A stretch of DNA of 64,000 nt. Source: an uncultured Verrucomicrobiae bacterium (GTDB lineage Bacteria > Verrucomicrobiota > Verrucomicrobiia > Opitutales > JABDGR01). Location: assembly GCA_963765205.1 (NCBI GenBank), contig CAVXVB010000009.1, positions 1,184,001 through 1,248,000 of the forward strand, read 5' to 3'. Shown here piece after piece: positions 60,978 to 64,000 of this stretch. The stretch's first letter is position 1, and the number at the start of each line of letters is the position of its first letter. The notes beneath the pieces were generated by a model that was not told the origin of the DNA, searched no databases, and saw only the letters and a program-made list of their open reading frames with translations. Made by a program: the position numbers and the translations under genes.

Positions 60978-61111
60978 GGCGGCCGGTATTCGGGAATCAG
61001 CCATCAGCAATTTGCCATGACCCTCAGTCGCTTCAGTCGCCTCTGCCGCCTGCCGCTCTCCGCTTGCCTTTGGTTCGTTATTCAGGTTTCGTGAATTGAT
61101 TTTTTGCATTC

Positions 61112-62530
61112 ATGGAGCCTCTCGCCTTTCCTTTTCTGCGCGATACCTTCGTGCGCCAGCCACTGTTCCAGGACAAGACCTGGCGGCTGGCGCCCGCGGC
61201 GTGGCCGCTCACACCCGCGCAGTTCTCGGAACTCGAACGCATTGGCGAGGCCTGCCTGGCCTTCCTGCGCGCGCTAGAAATTCTTTATACCCGGTCCTGG
61301 CAGGGAAAAAATTTGCTCCGTAACCGTGAGCTGCTCGCCCCGTGGGTGGCGGGCTACCTCGACCGCGGCAAGCCCGAACGCCTCATCGCCCACCAGCGCC
61401 ACGCCGCCACGAAAAATAAATTTCCCGTTGTGCTGCGGCCCGACCTGCTGCTGACCGAGGAGGGGTTCGCCCTGACTGAAATTGACGCCGTGCCCGGCGG
61501 CCTCGGCCTCACCGCGTTCTTGAACCGGCTCTACGACCAGCCCGGCGCGGGCGTGCTGGGCGCGAACGATTTGCTGCTGGACGAATTTTACAACGCGCTC
61601 GCCGCCCTCGCGCCGAAAAAGCACGAGCCGTTCATCGCCATTGTGGTCAGCGACGAAGCCGCGACCTACCGCCCCGAGTTTACCTGGCTGGCGGCGCGCC
61701 TGCGCGAGCGCGGCCACCGCGTCCATGTGCTGCACCCGACGGAAATCATGCCGCTCGGCCCGACACTCTGCGCGCCGGTGGACGGAAATCCCGAGCAGAT
61801 TGACGTGCTCTACCGCTTTTTTGAATTGTTTGATCTCGAAAACGTGCGCACGGCCAACTTTATCATCGCTGCGGCCGAGGCGGGCGAAGTCGTTGTCACA
61901 CCACCAATGCGTGCGTTTCAGGAGGAGAAGCTGGCGCTGGCGCTGCTGCATCATCCGCAGCTGGAGGATTTCTGGCGTGAAAATCTGCCGCGCGGCTCTT
62001 GGCCCATTCTGAAAAAACTCGTACCTCACTCATGGGTAGTGGACCCCGTTGAACTGCCGCCCAACGCGGTGCTCGACGCCCCGTGGGTCGCGGGCAAACC
62101 CATCCACCGCTGGGAGCAACTGGCGGAGGCCTCGCAAAAGGAACGCAACCTCATCCTTAAAGCCAGCGGTTTCCATGAGACGGCCTGGGGCGCGCGGTCG
62201 GTCGTGCTGGGCAGCGACGTGCCGCGCGACGAGTGGCTCAATGCCCTGCGTCACGCCTGCGCCATGGCGCCGCACACACTTCATATATTGCAGGACTACA
62301 AGAAACCGATGCGGTTGAAACACGCGGTGTATGACGCGGAAGGCCGGGTTTACGAAATGGAAGGCCGCCTGCGCCTGTGCCCGTTTTACTTTGCGCATGG
62401 GGAGCATACGCGGCTCGGCGGCGCACTCGCCACCTTCTGCCCGGCCGACAAAAAAATCATCCACGGCATGAAGGACGCGGCAATGCTACCCTGTGCAGTG
62501 GTGGCAGCTGCTCCCGCGCTTGGAGTTTAG
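61112..62530 (+). CDS. ATP-grasp-like ligase (glutathionylspermidine synthase/CP-ATP-grasp-like), function unknown
   Basis: LRPDLLL, LTEIDAVPGGLG, EEKLALA, LILKASG, ILQDY, KIIHG. Confidence 0.6.
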   Translation: MEPLAFPFLRDTFVRQPLFQDKTWRLAPAAWPLTPAQFSELERIGEACLAFLRALEILYTRSWQGKNLLRNRELLAPWVAGYLDRGKPERLIAHQRHAATKNKFPVVLRPDLLLTEEGFALTEIDAVPGGLGLTAFLNRLYDQPGAGVLGANDLLLDEFYNALAALAPKKHEPFIAIVVSDEAATYRPEFTWLAARLRERGHRVHVLHPTEIMPLGPTLCAPVDGNPEQIDVLYRFFELFDLENVRTANFIIAAAEAGEVVVTPPMRAFQEEKLALALLHHPQLEDFWRENLPRGSWPILKKLVPHSWVVDPVELPPNAVLDAPWVAGKPIHRWEQLAEASQKERNLILKASGFHETAWGARSVVLGSDVPRDEWLNALRHACAMAPHTLHILQDYKKPMRLKHAVYDAEGRVYEMEGRLRLCPFYFAHGEHTRLGGALATFCPADKKIIHGMKDAAMLPCAVVAAAPALGV

Positions 62531-62582
62531 ATTGCCTGGCTTTCCAACTCACTCATTGGCCGCGGATGCTGAGCAAACGCGT

Positions 62583-63452
62583 TTAATGAACATTATCGGG
62601 ACTGGTTTGAGCCAAGCGGGCGAGTTCGGTGCGGGCGAAGCCGTATTCGTCGCAGTTGGTGCCTTCGAGCGCGGCGCTGGTGGCAATGAAGGGGCGCGCG
62701 CCAGCAGGGTCGTGGTTGATGAGGTGGAGTTCGCCGATGAAATAATTGGCCTGGCACTGGCGGTCGGTGGCGGTGTCGTTGGGCCCTTTTTGTGAGGCGG
62801 TGAGCAGGTCGGCTTCGGTCATTTTGCCAGTGAGGAAGAGCGCGAGTGCTTGAAGCCAGGCGTCCTTCCAGGTGGAGCTGGCGGCGGCGAGGTCGCCGGG
62901 GTCGCGCCCGAGGCGGCGGAGGAGGACGTTACGGTAGAGCTGCACAAAGGGCGCGGCGGCGGGTTGCAGGGAGATGAATTTGTCGTAGTCTTCCACTGCG
63001 CCAGGGAAGTCGTTCTGGTTCTGGCGGAGTTCGCCGCGGTAGCCGTAATAGGGGGCGAAGGCGGGCTGGAGCTGGATGGCTTTGGTGAAGTCGGCGGCGG
63101 CGGCGGGCAAGTCGCCTTTGTCCTGTTCGGCGAGGGCGCGGTTGCCGAAGGCGGGGCCGAAAGCGGGGTCGAGGACGGTGGCCTGGGTGGCATCGGCGAT
63201 GGCGCCGGGGAAATCGTTGCGGGCGAGTTTGACCATGCCGCGGTCGTTGAAATACTCCGCGGACGGGGTGGGCGCGAGGGCAATGGCCTGGTCGAGGTCG
63301 GCGAGCGCGCCGGTGAGATCGCCCTTGTTGTATTTATCCAGACCGGACTGGGCGTGGTCGGCGGCCTGCTTGGTTTTGTTGGCGCAGGCGCAGAGCAGCC
63401 CGGCGGCGAGCCAGGCGAAGGCGCGGAGGCTCCGGCGAAAAAAGGCAGGCAT
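62583..63452 (-). CDS. TPR-repeat lipoprotein (NlpI-like)
   Basis: Lipobox LCAC; repeated GA.AD...AI.L.P; CQANYFIG. Confidence 0.8.
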   Translation of the reverse strand: MPAFFRRSLRAFAWLAAGLLCACANKTKQAADHAQSGLDKYNKGDLTGALADLDQAIALAPTPSAEYFNDRGMVKLARNDFPGAIADATQATVLDPAFGPAFGNRALAEQDKGDLPAAAADFTKAIQLQPAFAPYYGYRGELRQNQNDFPGAVEDYDKFISLQPAAAPFVQLYRNVLLRRLGRDPGDLAAASSTWKDAWLQALALFLTGKMTEADLLTASQKGPNDTATDRQCQANYFIGELHLINHDPAGARPFIATSAALEGTNCDEYGFARTELARLAQTSPDNVH

Positions 63453-63532
63453 GGGAGTGGCGGGCAAGGGGTTGAAAATAATTCGCGGGCGGGTGAAGGC
63501 GAGTCTTATCCTAATTTCCAAAGACTAATTTG

Positions 63533-63656
63533 ACCACGGATTGCACGGATGCAAGAACTTGAGCGACAATTTCGGCAAAAATCTCTTTTCCCAGTGGGAG
63601 GACAAGCAAAAACCTCCATCCCTTTGGTGATCTGTGCTATCCGTGAAATCCGTGGT
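63533..63656. repeat. Inverted repeat built from 9-nt tandem units (CACGGAT core)
   Basis: ACCACGGATTGCACGGAT vs revcomp ACCACGGATTTCACGGAT, 17/18, ~88-nt spacer. Confidence 0.75.
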
Positions 63657-63743
63657 TTCAACTGCGGCTTTTGGGCTTACGGGCGGAGGGCGAGGTGGAG
63701 AACGAATTTGACGTTGGGGCGGAGTTGTTCAAGCCTTGGGAGA

Positions 63744-64000
63744 ATGGAACCGATGCCGGAGAATCCGCTTCCGCCCACGCCGCCGCCCGCCGCGCCGGGG
63801 CCGCTGGGCGCGCCGATGGCGCCACGCACCCCACCGATGTTGCCGGCGAAGAAAAAGACGTGGCTGCAAAAGCTGCTGGCACCGCTGGGGGCGGCGGGGG
63901 TGATGATCATGAAATTTCTGTCCACGTTCAAGGTGGCGATCTTCGCGATTTTAAAGTTTGGGTGGCCGTTCTTGAAAACGGGGGGGACGATGCTGATCTC
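63744..64000 (+). CDS. Probable site-2 protease (M50) family membrane protein, N-terminus (runs off window)
   Basis: Hand translation MEPMPENP...KKTWLQKLLAPLGAAGVMIMKF...FLKTGGTMLI; HExxH not reached. Confidence 0.5.
   Translation, partial: MEPMPENPLPPTPPPAAPGPLGAPMAPRTPPMLPAKKKTWLQKLLAPLGAAGVMIMKFLSTFKVAIFAILKFGWPFLKTGGTMLI

Noticed and set aside
30..63931. Long antisense/alternate-frame ORFs in the track (e.g. 30-707, 32242-33558, 46440-48368, 50165-51355)
   Set aside because: Shadow ORFs expected at high GC that overlap well-supported genes and have no motifs.

Overview
GC-rich bacterial chromosomal segment, most likely Verrucomicrobiota (Opitutales-like). This is inferred from the PEP-CTERM proteins, the planctomycete-type cytochrome/DUF1592/DUF1552 module and the oleAB context. 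Left to right: partial degP; Zn/Mn ABC transporter with a Zur/Fur-like box; two His kinases; malQ; a phytoene-desaturase-like/fabZ/fabI/oleA/oleB lipid-olefin cluster interrupted by a toxin-antitoxin pair and a FecR gene; an ~11 kb glycosyl-/sulfotransferase locus; tRNA-Cys; xerC; a general-stress island; dgt; a nested IS256/IS1182 structure; valS with low-GC patches; MFS; cytochrome c/DUF1592/DUF1552; esterase; arsR-arsC-aquaglyceroporin; prfB with its programmed +1 frameshift; GH29 fucosidase and others. Two best candidates for undescribed biology: (1) two adjacent genes in the glyco/sulfo locus share a 38-aa basic leader (23/38 identical) but have unrelated C-termini, and sit beside glycosyltransferases, three sulfotransferases and a ClpP-like peptidase (RiPP-like or leader-directed modification system); (2) a local regulon of five 17-bp GTRGGG-N5-CCCCAT sites, each exactly 22 nt upstream of a -10 hexamer, linking an RsbU_N-type His kinase/NarL regulator to two ice-binding PEP-CTERM proteins and stress genes. 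About seven single-base frameshifts look like long-read assembly errors. Family assignments come from motif recognition only; no database searches were run.
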